Positions 63,928 to 64,000 of a stretch of DNA of 64,000 bases are shown one piece after another. The notes under the pieces are model-generated. The model did no database searches, was not told where the DNA came from, and was given only the letters and a program-made list of their open reading frames with translations. The stretch spans positions 908-64,907 of the IMG/VR virus record IMGVR_UViG_3300035228_000987; one strand, 5' to 3'. How positions within the stretch are numbered: position 1 is the first letter of the stretch; the number at the start of each line of letters is the position of its first letter. The position numbers were made by a program, and so were the translations under genes. Source of the stretch: a virus (Duplodnaviria > Caudoviricetes).

Positions 63928-63956
63928 TTGTAGATAAGAAAATCAAATGTTATAAT
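63928..63956 (+). promoter_or_regulatory. Plus-strand sigma70 promoter for the next gene (probably g55)
   Basis: TTGTAG, 17 nt, TATAAT with extended -10 TG; back-to-back with the minus-strand promoter. Confidence 0.7.
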
Positions 63957-64000
63957 ATCTACATAGTTTTATGTATCTTATGTTTATTAGTAAAATGCCT

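Noticed and set aside
1-64000. tRNA, rRNA, introns, inteins or photosynthesis genes
   Set aside because: None recognised by eye; core genes gp17, gp20, gp23 and uvsW are uninterrupted and of normal length.

Overview
This window is the virion-morphogenesis region of a T4-like marine cyanomyovirus (Kyanoviridae-type). All credible genes are on the + strand. It opens at the end of an early-gene region with an ArdA-like anti-restriction gene, a terminator and a ~250-bp non-coding element. A GT-A glycosyltransferase and small conserved genes follow, then baseplate gp25, gp6, a giant 4704-aa gp7, gp8 and a 2916-aa VrlC/DUF4815-like protein. Next come neck/tail gp13, gp14, gp15 and gp16, and a ~14.5-kb insert between gp16 and gp17 (tail fibres, chaperones, a modular basic protein, small membrane proteins, a thermonuclease). 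The window ends with gp17-gp23, an outer-membrane beta-barrel gene, gp3, uvsY, uvsW and a promoter for the next gene (gp55 by synteny). I saw no tRNA, rRNA, CRISPR, intron or transposase. The main unexplained signals are: (1) two near-consensus minus-strand sigma70 promoters 16 kb apart that share an identical 25-bp sequence, suggesting antisense transcription against late genes; (2) a G-[IVL]-x-[TS] motif that saturates external virion proteins, with a glycosyltransferase upstream, suggesting virion glycosylation; (3) foreign domains inserted in gp7, including a catalytically degenerate alpha/beta-hydrolase; (4) a CCGxGCxxCPF motif in the +1 frame just after the gp23 stop; (5) a probable protease-processed polyprotein. 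All assignments come from motif recognition and synteny; no searches were run.
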